From contig JAWLBL010000001.1 of assembly GCA_041687695.1 (NCBI GenBank), positions 355,461 through 419,460 of the forward strand: DNA of 64,000 bases, given 5' to 3'. A model generated the notes under the pieces. That model was not told the origin of the DNA, made no database searches, and saw nothing but the letters and a program-made list of their open reading frames with translations. This stretch comes from Myxococcota bacterium (lineage in GTDB: Bacteria; Myxococcota_A; UBA9042; PHBI01; JAWLBL01). Shown here in pieces: positions 28,518 to 37,211 of the stretch; within the stretch, counting starts at the first letter, position 1, and the number at the start of each line of letters is the position of its first letter. The translations under genes were made by a program, and so were the position numbers.

Positions 28518-30851
28518 TCAGTCGCCCAGGCCGCGCGCGAGGCGGTGTCGCAGGCCCATCGCGACGAAGCAGGCGTGCTTGGCCAGCTGGCCGCGCCAGG
28601 CCTGCCCGTCCTGAGCGAGGCGCATCACGCCATGACGGTCGAAGTAGCTGATGGTGTGCGACGAGCGGTTGCCGCGCATCATCTCGAGGGCCGTCTCGAA
28701 CAGCTCGGGCAGGTGCCGGGCGGGGATGGGCCAGCGGGGCTCGCCGGTCAGCGCCAGCCAGGCGTCCCAGTACAGGCGCGGGTGGCGGGCCTCGAGCTGG
28801 TGGTAGATGCGCTCGGCCTCGTCGCGCTGGCCGAGGGCGAGGTGCGTCAGGGCCAGGTTCATCCAGGCACCCGAGCGGCCGGGCTTGCAGCGGACGGCCT
28901 CGGTCAGGTGCTCGAGGGCGGCGGGGAGGTCGCCGCGCAGGCGGGCCATCTCGCCGACGTAGACGTGGGTGGTGGCGCCGACGACCGGGGGGTAGACGTG
29001 GGCGCACTCGGCCAGCCGGAGGTCGGCCCGTTCGAAGTCGCGCTGCATGATGTGGACGGCGGCGCGGCCGACGAAGGACCAGCGGGCGGGGAAGCGCTCG
29101 AAGGCGGCCTCGAACAGGGCCAGCGAGCGCTCGTATCGGCCCAGCCACAGGTTCAGCTCGCCCCAGTAGCAGTGCGGGTGGGGCGAGTCGGGGAACTCGG
29201 CGGCGAGGCGCTCGAAGTCGCGCTCGAGGGCCTCGACCGGGGCGGTGCCCAGGCGCTTGATGACGTCCGAGGCGGCGTCGCGGCTGACCAGCGTGCGGTC
29301 GGCGGGGGGCGGCGGGACGGTGACCAGCCCCAGCGAGCCGTCGCGCGGGGGGCCGGGGCGCAGGCGCGTCAGGTGCTCGCCGCGGTTGCCGCCGAAGGTG
29401 TCGAGCAGCGCGGTCGCGACCTCGGAGACGTCGTCCTCGTGCTCGGACCAGGGCCCCATCGGCTCGCCGAGCTGCTCGAGCAGCGGCCCGAGGTGGGTGT
29501 CCTTCTCGACGCGGTTGTCGTCGCCGTTGAGGGCGGTGGTCAGCACGACGTGGATGGCGTGCTGGGCAACGGCGCGGGCCTGGTCGAGGTAGCGCTGGGC
29601 CTGGACGGGGTCGCCACGGCGGAAGAAGATCTCGGCCAGCCAGGTGACGCTCTCGCGGTCGCGGGGGTCGGCGGCGCGGGCGCGCTGGAACACCTCGGCC
29701 GCCTGTTCCCAGCGGCCCTCGAGCGCCAGCAGCGCGCCCTCGAGGCGCAGGGCCGCGGGGTCGTCGCTGGCCAGGGCGCCGACGCGGGCGAGCAGGGGGC
29801 GCGCCTGGGCCGGGCGGCCGGCCCACAAGAGCAGGCGGGCGAGATCGAGGGCGGCGCGGCGGTCGAGCGGCTCGCGCGAGCAGCGATCGCGCAGCGCGAG
29901 GTAGGCGTCGTCGACGGCGCCGCTGCGGACGAGGCGGTCGCAGACGCGGCGGAGGAGATCGTCGTCCTCGGGGCGGCTGAGCAGGGCCGCGCGGGCCCAG
30001 GCGACGGCGTCGTCGGCGTCGCCGCGCAGGCGGTGCAGATCCGACAGCTCGAGGCACACGTCGGCGCGCTCGAAGCCAAGCAGCGCGCCGAGGCCGTCGC
30101 GGTAGCGGGCGAGCGCCGCGTCGACGAAGCCCAGCTGCTTGAAGGCGACCGCGGCCGCGATGGCGAGGGCGCCCTGCCCTTCGTCGCTGGTGAGGTCGGC
30201 CGCGAGGGCCTGCAGGCGCCGCTGGTCCCCGACCACGCCGTAGGCGATGGGGGCGAGCCAGGCCGGCAGGTCCCGGGCATCGGCGTCGAGGCGTCGGAAG
30301 ACCTCGCCCCAGCGGCCGGCCATGATGTCGACGGCCAGGTCGACGCCGTCCAGGGCGGGGTCGGCCGCGTCGTCGGGGGCGACGGCCAGCTGGGCGGCGG
30401 CCTCGGGGTTGCGGACCGCGCCCAGCGCGCCGCAGACGCGGGCGAGGCGCTCCTCGGAGGGCGTCGCCGGGTAGCCGACCCGGTGGGCCGCGCCGAGCTG
30501 CTGGGTGCAGCTCCACCGGATGCGGGCCATGTGGTGGTGGAGGCCGGCGCGCTCGGCCGGGGTCATGGCCACGAAGCGGGGCACGGGCCGGCGCGTCAGG
30601 CCGGAGGGTCCGCGCGACACCTCGAAGCAGGCGAGCGAGGTCCCGTCGCGGCGGTGCAGTTCGAAGACGCGGCTGGCGCCGTCGGCGGTCTCGACGTGCA
30701 GGCGCAGCGCCGCCTCGAGGACGCGGGCGACGGCGCGCTGCACGGGCTGGCCGACCAGATCGGTGAGCCAGGCAGGCGGCGGCACCAGCGGCGTGAGGGG
30801 CGCCTCGGCCCGGCTGGACGCGGCGGCGGCGGACGCGCTCGTCCCGGTCAT
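28518..30851 (-). CDS. TPR-repeat protein (paralog B)
   Basis: TPR helices (WEQAAEVFQRARAADP, AWMNLALTHLALG). Motifs shared with paralog A. Confidence 0.82.
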   Translation of the reverse strand: MTGTSASAAAASSRAEAPLTPLVPPPAWLTDLVGQPVQRAVARVLEAALRLHVETADGASRVFELHRRDGTSLACFEVSRGPSGLTRRPVPRFVAMTPAERAGLHHHMARIRWSCTQQLGAAHRVGYPATPSEERLARVCGALGAVRNPEAAAQLAVAPDDAADPALDGVDLAVDIMAGRWGEVFRRLDADARDLPAWLAPIAYGVVGDQRRLQALAADLTSDEGQGALAIAAAVAFKQLGFVDAALARYRDGLGALLGFERADVCLELSDLHRLRGDADDAVAWARAALLSRPEDDDLLRRVCDRLVRSGAVDDAYLALRDRCSREPLDRRAALDLARLLLWAGRPAQARPLLARVGALASDDPAALRLEGALLALEGRWEQAAEVFQRARAADPRDRESVTWLAEIFFRRGDPVQAQRYLDQARAVAQHAIHVVLTTALNGDDNRVEKDTHLGPLLEQLGEPMGPWSEHEDDVSEVATALLDTFGGNRGEHLTRLRPGPPRDGSLGLVTVPPPPADRTLVSRDAASDVIKRLGTAPVEALERDFERLAAEFPDSPHPHCYWGELNLWLGRYERSLALFEAAFERFPARWSFVGRAAVHIMQRDFERADLRLAECAHVYPPVVGATTHVYVGEMARLRGDLPAALEHLTEAVRCKPGRSGAWMNLALTHLALGQRDEAERIYHQLEARHPRLYWDAWLALTGEPRWPIPARHLPELFETALEMMRGNRSSHTISYFDRHGVMRLAQDGQAWRGQLAKHACFVAMGLRHRLARGLGD

Positions 30852-32674
30852 CGGCGAGGCCCCGTGTCGCGGCGGACGCCCGAGTCACGGCGGACGCCGG
30901 GCTTGCGGCCCGGGTTGAAGCGTTGGAGCAGGACGGTCAGCACCTCGTGGGTGGTCCGTCCGAAGCGGTGCTCGTCGATCAATCGCAGATAGTGCGCCCC
31001 CGGGTCGGCATGGGGCTCGAACAGGTGCCGGGCGCGGGCGCGGAGGTAGGCCTGCCAGGCGTTCGGTCCGTACGCGGGGAGCGCATGGGTGAGCAAGGTG
31101 TCGACCTCCGGCGGACGCGGCGGTACGGCCAGCCGCTCGATGGGCTCGGAGCGAGCGCCGCGCTCGTAGGAGGCGCGGGGATGGAAGCCCCGGGCCATGC
31201 GAGCCTCGCTCAGGCCGAGCTCGTCGTACTCGGGCACGCCCGGCGGGATGGCCGGGTGGCGCGAGGACAGGGCGAACACGGGCTCATCGGCCCAGGCGTC
31301 GGCGAAGAAGGCGCCGTCGGGGGCGACGACCTCGACCAGGAAGTGGCCGGAGGTCTGGGTGTCGGGCTCGTAGGTGTTGAACGGGTAGACCACGTCGAAG
31401 AACTCGGCGAGCAGCCGGCCGAGCAGGTAGTTCTGCCCTTCGCAGCTGACGAGGCCGCGCATCATGCGGGCGAGGGCCGTGCGCGGGAAGTCGTCGTCCT
31501 GGAAGGACTCGGTCAGGTGGGCCGAGACGGCGCGCTGGTTGACCAGCAGCTGGCGGACGACGGCGGCGCAGGCCAGGGCGGCGCTGAGGCCGCCGCCGTT
31601 GGTCTGCCGGATGCGGGCGACGGTGTTGGCGATCCAGGTGCAGGAGACCCAGCGATCGAGCCGGTGGACGGCGTCGCGCGTGGCGGGCGGGACGCGGGCG
31701 GTCCAGCCGGCGCGGTCGGGCGTGAAGTAGTCGGGGTGGTAGGCGACCAGGTAGCGGGCGACGTCCAGGGCCTCGTTGCGGGGCCTGGGGCGGGGACGGC
31801 GCAGGCGCTGGATGACGGCGCGCTCGACGGGGGACGGGTCGGGGTTGTCGGAGTGGTAGTCGAGCGGGGCGGCGACGGTGATGGTCGGGTTCTCGAGGAT
31901 GCGGACGGCGGTCGAGTAGTTGGGGTGGCCGGTGTGCAGCGACAGGGCGTGGGCGATGACCACGTCGCCGGCGCGGCCGTGGAACTCCTGCACGTCGGTG
32001 CAGCGGCCGACGAGCGGGCGGGACCAGTCGTAGTCGGTGGTGTCGACGCCCTCGGGGTGGTCCTCGAGGAGGTGGACGACGTGGTCGAGGGACTGGCCGG
32101 AGAGCAGGGGGCCGCCGCCGCCCTCGGCGGTGTTGGACCACAGGATGAGCAGGATGAGGGCGTCGGTGCGGCCGTCGAGGGTGCAGCGGGGCGAGGGGGC
32201 GTCGTAGTGCCACTCGAGGCCGGTGAAGTAGTCGGGGGTCAGCGGCGGGCGCGGCGGGGGGAGGAAGCGGGCGTTGAGGATCCACTGCTCGCCCATGGTG
32301 GCGCGGCGGACGGTGTGGCTCGGGCCGACCAGGCTGGTGACGGCGTCCCAGACGCGGGGGGCGAAGGCCTCGATGCGCAGGCTGCGGCCGGTCTCGAGGT
32401 CGAGGCGCGTGCTGGCCCAGGTGCGCGGGTCCTGCAGATCGAGGTCGTCGGCGGACAGCTGCTGGTAGGCGTGCTGGCTGCGCACGCCGATGCGCGGGCG
32501 GGGGGCGCGGTCGACCAGGGTCTGCTGGACGAGCTCGGCCGCGACGACCGGCGAGAAGGCGCGGCGCAGGACGAGGAAGCCGTGGTCGACGAAGCTGGCG
32601 ATCTGCTCGGGCGTGAGCGGCTGGGGGGTGCGCGGGGGCGCGGTCGGGCGGGGGGTCGAGCGATAGGTGGACAT
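30848..32674 (-). CDS. Phytanoyl-CoA dioxygenase (PhyH)-like domain fused to a transglutaminase-like domain
   Basis: LTPEQIASFVDHGFLVLR, WHYD, AGDVVIAHALSLH...R. C-terminal GLVSCEGQN...GHFLVEV...FFADAW. ATGA-coupled to paralog B. Confidence 0.78.
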   Translation of the reverse strand: MSTYRSTPRPTAPPRTPQPLTPEQIASFVDHGFLVLRRAFSPVVAAELVQQTLVDRAPRPRIGVRSQHAYQQLSADDLDLQDPRTWASTRLDLETGRSLRIEAFAPRVWDAVTSLVGPSHTVRRATMGEQWILNARFLPPPRPPLTPDYFTGLEWHYDAPSPRCTLDGRTDALILLILWSNTAEGGGGPLLSGQSLDHVVHLLEDHPEGVDTTDYDWSRPLVGRCTDVQEFHGRAGDVVIAHALSLHTGHPNYSTAVRILENPTITVAAPLDYHSDNPDPSPVERAVIQRLRRPRPRPRNEALDVARYLVAYHPDYFTPDRAGWTARVPPATRDAVHRLDRWVSCTWIANTVARIRQTNGGGLSAALACAAVVRQLLVNQRAVSAHLTESFQDDDFPRTALARMMRGLVSCEGQNYLLGRLLAEFFDVVYPFNTYEPDTQTSGHFLVEVVAPDGAFFADAWADEPVFALSSRHPAIPPGVPEYDELGLSEARMARGFHPRASYERGARSEPIERLAVPPRPPEVDTLLTHALPAYGPNAWQAYLRARARHLFEPHADPGAHYLRLIDEHRFGRTTHEVLTVLLQRFNPGRKPGVRRDSGVRRDTGPRR

Positions 32675-32851
32675 GGCGCTCGCTTGGGGGGCGCTGGGGG
32701 GCGCGCCGGGCCCGCGGGCGGCGGGGCGGCGGCGAGCCGGGCGGGCGCCGGGCTCGCGGCAGGGTAACAAAGCGGGTGGGTCCGTGTCACGGCGCGGCGG
32801 GCGCGGGGCGGCGGCGGAGGCGCGGGAGGATTTCGCAGTCGATCCGAGCGG

Positions 32852-32881
32852 TTGACCATGGCCGGCGGGGGCCCCTACAGT
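32852..32881 (+). promoter_or_regulatory. Putative sigma70 promoter
   Basis: TTGACC-N18-TACAGT upstream of a GAGGAGG RBS and ATG 32910. Confidence 0.55.
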
Positions 32882-32909
32882 GGCGCGTCCCGAGCGCGAG
32901 GAGGCGAGG

Positions 32910-34181
32910 ATGGCGGCGACGCGGTGGAGGGCCTTCGGAGCGGCGGTGGCCGTGGCGGTCGCAGGGGTGATGGCCGGCGCGGCGGCCGGGTGCGGGGCGA
33001 GCGGGCCGCCGGCGGCGACGTGGCACGACGCGGCGACGCTGCGGGCCGAGCAGGACGAGTGGCGCGAGGCGCCGGCCGATGGCGGCTGGGTGCGGCGCGA
33101 GGTGCTGGTGTGGGTGGACGCCGCGCCGACGCCGTCGGGGGCGACCAGCGTCGTGCGGTTCCACGGGGTGCGGACGGCGCCGGCCGGGGGCGAGCTGGCG
33201 TTCGAGCTGCCGGCGCCGGCTGGGGCGAGGGTGCAGGCGGTCCAGGCGCGGGCCATCCTGGGGAGCGGGGCGGCGCCGATGGAGGTCGAGGCCGAGCTGG
33301 GGCCGGCGGCGCGGGCGATCGACCCGGGGCAGCGGGCGGTGCGGGTGGCCGGGGTGGTGCCGGCCGGGGCGGCGCTGGTCGAGGTGCGGGTCGACCTGGC
33401 GGTGGCCGGGACGCTGGCCGGGGACGCGCGGCCGCTGGGGGCGTGGGATGGGCCGACGGCGGAGCTGTTCGTGCGGTACGACCTGCCGGGGGACGCGGAG
33501 TTCGGGCTGCAGGTGGTCGGGGCGACGGCGCGGCCGGTGGTGACCGAGCGCGAGGGGCGCAAGCTGGTGGCGCTGCTGGAGCGGAACGTGCCGGCGGCGG
33601 CGGCCGAGGCGCCGGTGTACGTGCGGTACGTGACGCGGCGGGTGGCGCCCAAGGGGTACGAGCAGCGGGTGACGCCGGCGGACTGGGCGGGCGTGGCGCA
33701 GCGGGTGGCGGCGCGGCTGGTGGCGCCGTCGGTGGGGTACCGTCAGGGGTACGCGGCGCCGGTCGTGGCGAAGGACGCGGCGAGCGCGGTGCGAGAGCTG
33801 ACCGAGTGGACGCGGGACCGGCTGCAGCGGGAGGACGCGCTGGAGGCGCGGTGGGACGCGGGGCGGGCGCTGCCGGCGCTGGTGACGGCGAACGACCTGA
33901 CGGCGACGGACAAGGTGCATCTGCTGCACTGGCTGCTTGACGCGGCGCAGGTGCCGCACCAGCTGGCGGTGGCGCGGACGCGGCGGCACGCGCCGATCGA
34001 CGCGGGGCTGGCCGACCCGGGGGTGTTCGACGTGGCGCTGGTGTACGCCGAGGGTGAGGGGCTGTGGCTGGACCCGGCGTGCGGGGCGTGCGAGCCGGGG
34101 CAGGTGCGGCCGGAGCTGCGGGGGCAGCCGGCGCTGCTGGTGTCGCGGCCGGACGGGCAGCTGAAGGTGTTGCCGAAGTAG
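32910..34181 (+). CDS. Lipoprotein, DUF3857/transglutaminase-like architecture with degenerate active site
   Basis: Lipobox AAAGC, then TATDKVHLLHWLL...FDVALVY...LWLDPACGAC. Confidence 0.65.
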   Translation: MAATRWRAFGAAVAVAVAGVMAGAAAGCGASGPPAATWHDAATLRAEQDEWREAPADGGWVRREVLVWVDAAPTPSGATSVVRFHGVRTAPAGGELAFELPAPAGARVQAVQARAILGSGAAPMEVEAELGPAARAIDPGQRAVRVAGVVPAGAALVEVRVDLAVAGTLAGDARPLGAWDGPTAELFVRYDLPGDAEFGLQVVGATARPVVTEREGRKLVALLERNVPAAAAEAPVYVRYVTRRVAPKGYEQRVTPADWAGVAQRVAARLVAPSVGYRQGYAAPVVAKDAASAVRELTEWTRDRLQREDALEARWDAGRALPALVTANDLTATDKVHLLHWLLDAAQVPHQLAVARTRRHAPIDAGLADPGVFDVALVYAEGEGLWLDPACGACEPGQVRPELRGQPALLVSRPDGQLKVLPK

Positions 34182-34251
34182 ATGGAAATGAGCGCGCGCG
34201 GGGCGGGGTTCGTGCTGGACCACGAAGCCTGGATTGGATAGAAGCGCGCCC

Positions 34252-35880
34252 ATGTCGACAGAGACGCCCGAAAGCCGCCGCATCGCGCAGGAGATCGCGC
34301 GGCGCCGCACGTTCGCCATCATCTCCCACCCCGACGCGGGCAAGACGACGCTGACGGAGAAGCTGCTGCTGTACGGCGGCGCGATCCACCTGGCCGGGTC
34401 GGTCAAGGCGCGGCGGGCGGCGCGGCACGCGACCAGCGACTGGATGGAGCTCGAGAAGCAACGCGGCATCTCGGTGACGACGTCCGCGATGCAGTTCACG
34501 TACGACGACTTCTGCGTGAACATCCTGGACACGCCGGGCCACCAGGACTTCTCCGAGGACACGTACCGGACGCTGGCGGCGGCGGACTGCGCGGTGATGC
34601 TCATCGACGCGGCCAAGGGCGTCGAGCCGCAGACGGAGAAGCTGTTCCGGGTCTGCCAGCTGCGCAACCTGCCGGTGTTCACGTTCGTCAACAAGATGGA
34701 CCGGCACGGGCGCGAGCCGCTGGATCTCATGGACGAGCTGGAGAACCACCTGGGGATGCCGGCCTGCCCGATGAACTGGCCGGTGTTCGACGGGTACGAG
34801 TTCTGCGGCGTGTTCGACCGCAAGTCGCGCGACGTGCACCTGTTCCAGGCGGAAAAGCACGGGGCGACGGCCATCGAGGGCGCGGTCGTGAACCTGGACG
34901 CGCCGGACGTGCTGGACTACCTGTCCGAGCGGGCCATCGCCAAGCTCAACGAGGACCTCGAGCTGCTGGACATCGCGGGCGACCGCTACAGCATCACGCG
35001 CGTGCTGTCGGGCGAGCTGAGCCCCATGTTCTTCGGGTCGGCGCTGACCAACTTCGGCGTGCAGCTGTTCCTCGAGACCTTCCTGAAGATGGCGCCGCCG
35101 CCGGCGACCTACGAGACGGCCGCGGGCGACAAGGTCCCCGTGACGGCGCCGTTTTCGGGGTTCGTGTTCAAGATCCAGGCGAACATGGACTCGTCGCACC
35201 GCGACCGCATCGCCTTCATGCGCATCTGCTCGGGGCGCTTCGTCAAGGGCATGGACGCCAGGCACGTGCGGGTCGGCAAGCCCATCCGGCTGAAGAACCC
35301 GTCGGCCTTCATGGCGCGCGAGCGGTCGACCATCGAGGAGGCCTTCGCCGGCGACATCATCGGCCTGTACGACCCCGGGGTCTTCCGCATCGGCGACACG
35401 CTGACCGGCGGCGCGGACCTCGAGTACAAGGGCATCCCTCACTTCTCGCCCGAGCTGTTCCAGAAGATCCGCGTAGGCGACCCGCTCAAGCGCAAGCAGC
35501 TCATCAAGGGGCTCGAGCAGCTCAGCGAGGAGGGCGCCATCCAGGTCTACTCGGACTACATCACCGAGCAGAGCGACATCGTCGGCGCGGTCGGCTCGCT
35601 GCAGTTCGAGGTGCTCGCCCACCGGCTCGAGAGCGAATACAACGTCAAGGCCATCCTGACGGGGCTGCCCTACACGGTGTGCCGGTGGATCGTGGGCGAC
35701 GGGTTCGACCCCAAGACGTTCCAGCGCGGACAGGGCTCGACGCTGGCGCGCGACCGGGACGGGCACCCGGTCATCCTGTTCTCGAACAGCTGGGGCGTGC
35801 GCTGGGCCGAGGACAACAACAAGGGTTTCAAGCTGTTGCCCGTGTCGCCGGTGGCCAGCCACGCGGGCGCGCTGAGCTGA
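34252..35880 (+). CDS. prfC: Peptide chain release factor 3
   Basis: RRRTFAIISHPDAGKTTLTEKLLLYGGAI, SDWMELEKQRGISVT, DTPGHQDFSEDTYR, FVFKIQANMD. Confidence 0.98.
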   Translation: MSTETPESRRIAQEIARRRTFAIISHPDAGKTTLTEKLLLYGGAIHLAGSVKARRAARHATSDWMELEKQRGISVTTSAMQFTYDDFCVNILDTPGHQDFSEDTYRTLAAADCAVMLIDAAKGVEPQTEKLFRVCQLRNLPVFTFVNKMDRHGREPLDLMDELENHLGMPACPMNWPVFDGYEFCGVFDRKSRDVHLFQAEKHGATAIEGAVVNLDAPDVLDYLSERAIAKLNEDLELLDIAGDRYSITRVLSGELSPMFFGSALTNFGVQLFLETFLKMAPPPATYETAAGDKVPVTAPFSGFVFKIQANMDSSHRDRIAFMRICSGRFVKGMDARHVRVGKPIRLKNPSAFMARERSTIEEAFAGDIIGLYDPGVFRIGDTLTGGADLEYKGIPHFSPELFQKIRVGDPLKRKQLIKGLEQLSEEGAIQVYSDYITEQSDIVGAVGSLQFEVLAHRLESEYNVKAILTGLPYTVCRWIVGDGFDPKTFQRGQGSTLARDRDGHPVILFSNSWGVRWAEDNNKGFKLLPVSPVASHAGALS

Positions 35881-35904
35881 GGTCGCGGCGCGCGGAGATG
35901 GTGA

Positions 35905-35933
35905 TTGAGCCGCGCGCGGCGGGTGGGTACAGT
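35905..35933 (+). promoter_or_regulatory. Putative sigma70 promoter
   Basis: TTGAGC-N17-TACAGT, matching the other TTGAxC/TACAGT promoters in this window. Confidence 0.55.
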
Positions 35934-35940
35934 CCGCAGC

Positions 35941-36048
35941 GAGGGCTTCGTCAGGGATTTCGTCAAGGATTTCGCCAAGAAACTCGCCAAGGAACTCGCC
36001 AAGGAACTCGCCAAGGAACTCGCCAAGGAACTCGCCAAGGAACTCGGA
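35941..36048 (+). repeat. 12-bp tandem repeat, 9 units (consensus AAGGAACTCGCC)
   Basis: Four perfect units at 35989-36036. Units diverge progressively toward the 5' end. The last unit runs into the GGAGG RBS. Confidence 0.92.
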
Positions 36049-36057
36049 GGTCTCGAG

Positions 36058-36420
36058 ATGCAGGAGCGGCGCGACTCGCGGTCGACCCGATACGCGACGG
36101 GCAGCAGTGACAAGAGCCTGGACCGGGCGGTGCGCGACCAGGCCGTGCTCCAGCGCGGGCGGCTGAACGCGAGCGACGCGGACACGCGGTACGTGCCGGC
36201 GGCGCCGACGCGCGAGGCCTACGACCAGCTGCGGAGCGAGCGGACCGACCTCGACTACAAGGAGTGGAACGCCTCGACCGGCTTCTGGGGCCTGGGGCGG
36301 ACGCCGACGGGGCCCGGGGTGCGCGAGGACACGGCGGTGCGGCGCGACACGCCGGGCACGCAGACCGAGGCGCAGTTCCGACGCGCGCGGCGGCGGGCCG
36401 AGCTCGAGGACGGGTTCTGA
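36058..36420 (+). CDS. Small hydrophilic hypothetical protein (120 aa)
   Basis: GGAGG RBS at 36046-36050 before ATG 36058 and typical codon usage. Confidence 0.65.
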   Translation: MQERRDSRSTRYATGSSDKSLDRAVRDQAVLQRGRLNASDADTRYVPAAPTREAYDQLRSERTDLDYKEWNASTGFWGLGRTPTGPGVREDTAVRRDTPGTQTEAQFRRARRRAELEDGF

Positions 36421-37211
36421 GCGCGGCGGCCTCCGAGGGGTCGCGCCCGGTCCTCGAGACGCGGGTCGTCACGCGCGGCTACGAGATGGGCGCGCGCGGG
36501 GTCATCCCGCCGCAGGTGATGGCGCGCTACCTCGAGCACGTGCGCTGGGAGGCGGCGGGCGACCCGCGGCTGCGGATGGACCGGCTGTTCACGGGCGGGC
36601 ACCGGGTGGTCGTGCGGGCGCAGCGGCTGGCGCTGACGGCGCCGGTGCGGTTCCACGAGGCGCTGGACGTCGAGACCTGGGTCAGCCGGGTCGGGCGGTC
36701 GAGCCTGGACATGAGCCACCGCGTGGTCCGGGCGGGGGACGGCGCCGAGGTGGCGCGGGCGCGGGTCACGGCCGTGCACGTGGGGCCCGACGGGCGGCCG
36801 GCGCCGGTGCCCGAGGCGATGGCGCGCGCCGTGACGAGCGGCCCCGAGGTCGAGATCGCCGCGCTCGAGGCGGCCGCGCCGGCCGACGCGTGGCGCCGCC
36901 CCGTGGTGATCCGGCCCAGCGACATCGACGTCCTGCAGCACGTCAACCAGTCGAACTACCTGGCCTTCTTCGAGGACGCCCGCCAGCTGGCCGCCGAGGC
37001 CGGCGCCCTGGACGCCGCCGCGGCCCGCCCGGCGCAGTCCCTGGCGCTCGACTACGAGCGCGAGGCGCGCCTGCACGACCCGGTCGAGGTCGTCGCCTGG
37101 GCGCTGGGCGCGGACGCCTTCGGGCTCGAGCTGCGCCGCACCCGGGCCGCCGCCGGGGGCGAGGCCGTCCTGTGCCGGGCCCGGGTCGAGGTGGCGCCGA
37201 GCGCCCGATGA
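36417..37211 (+). CDS. Double hot-dog acyl-CoA/acyl-ACP thioesterase
   Basis: TRGYEMG...YLEHVRW...VGRSS, and second domain RPSDIDVLQHVNQSNY. The start codon is uncertain. Confidence 0.85.
   Translation: MSAAASEGSRPVLETRVVTRGYEMGARGVIPPQVMARYLEHVRWEAAGDPRLRMDRLFTGGHRVVVRAQRLALTAPVRFHEALDVETWVSRVGRSSLDMSHRVVRAGDGAEVARARVTAVHVGPDGRPAPVPEAMARAVTSGPEVEIAALEAAAPADAWRRPVVIRPSDIDVLQHVNQSNYLAFFEDARQLAAEAGALDAAAARPAQSLALDYEREARLHDPVEVVAWALGADAFGLELRRTRAAAGGEAVLCRARVEVAPSAR

Noticed and set aside
35905..36057. (KELA)n coiled-coil N-terminus from the TTG start at 35905
   Set aside because: The TTG coincides with a -35-like box, and ATG 36058 has a good RBS. Not fully excluded.
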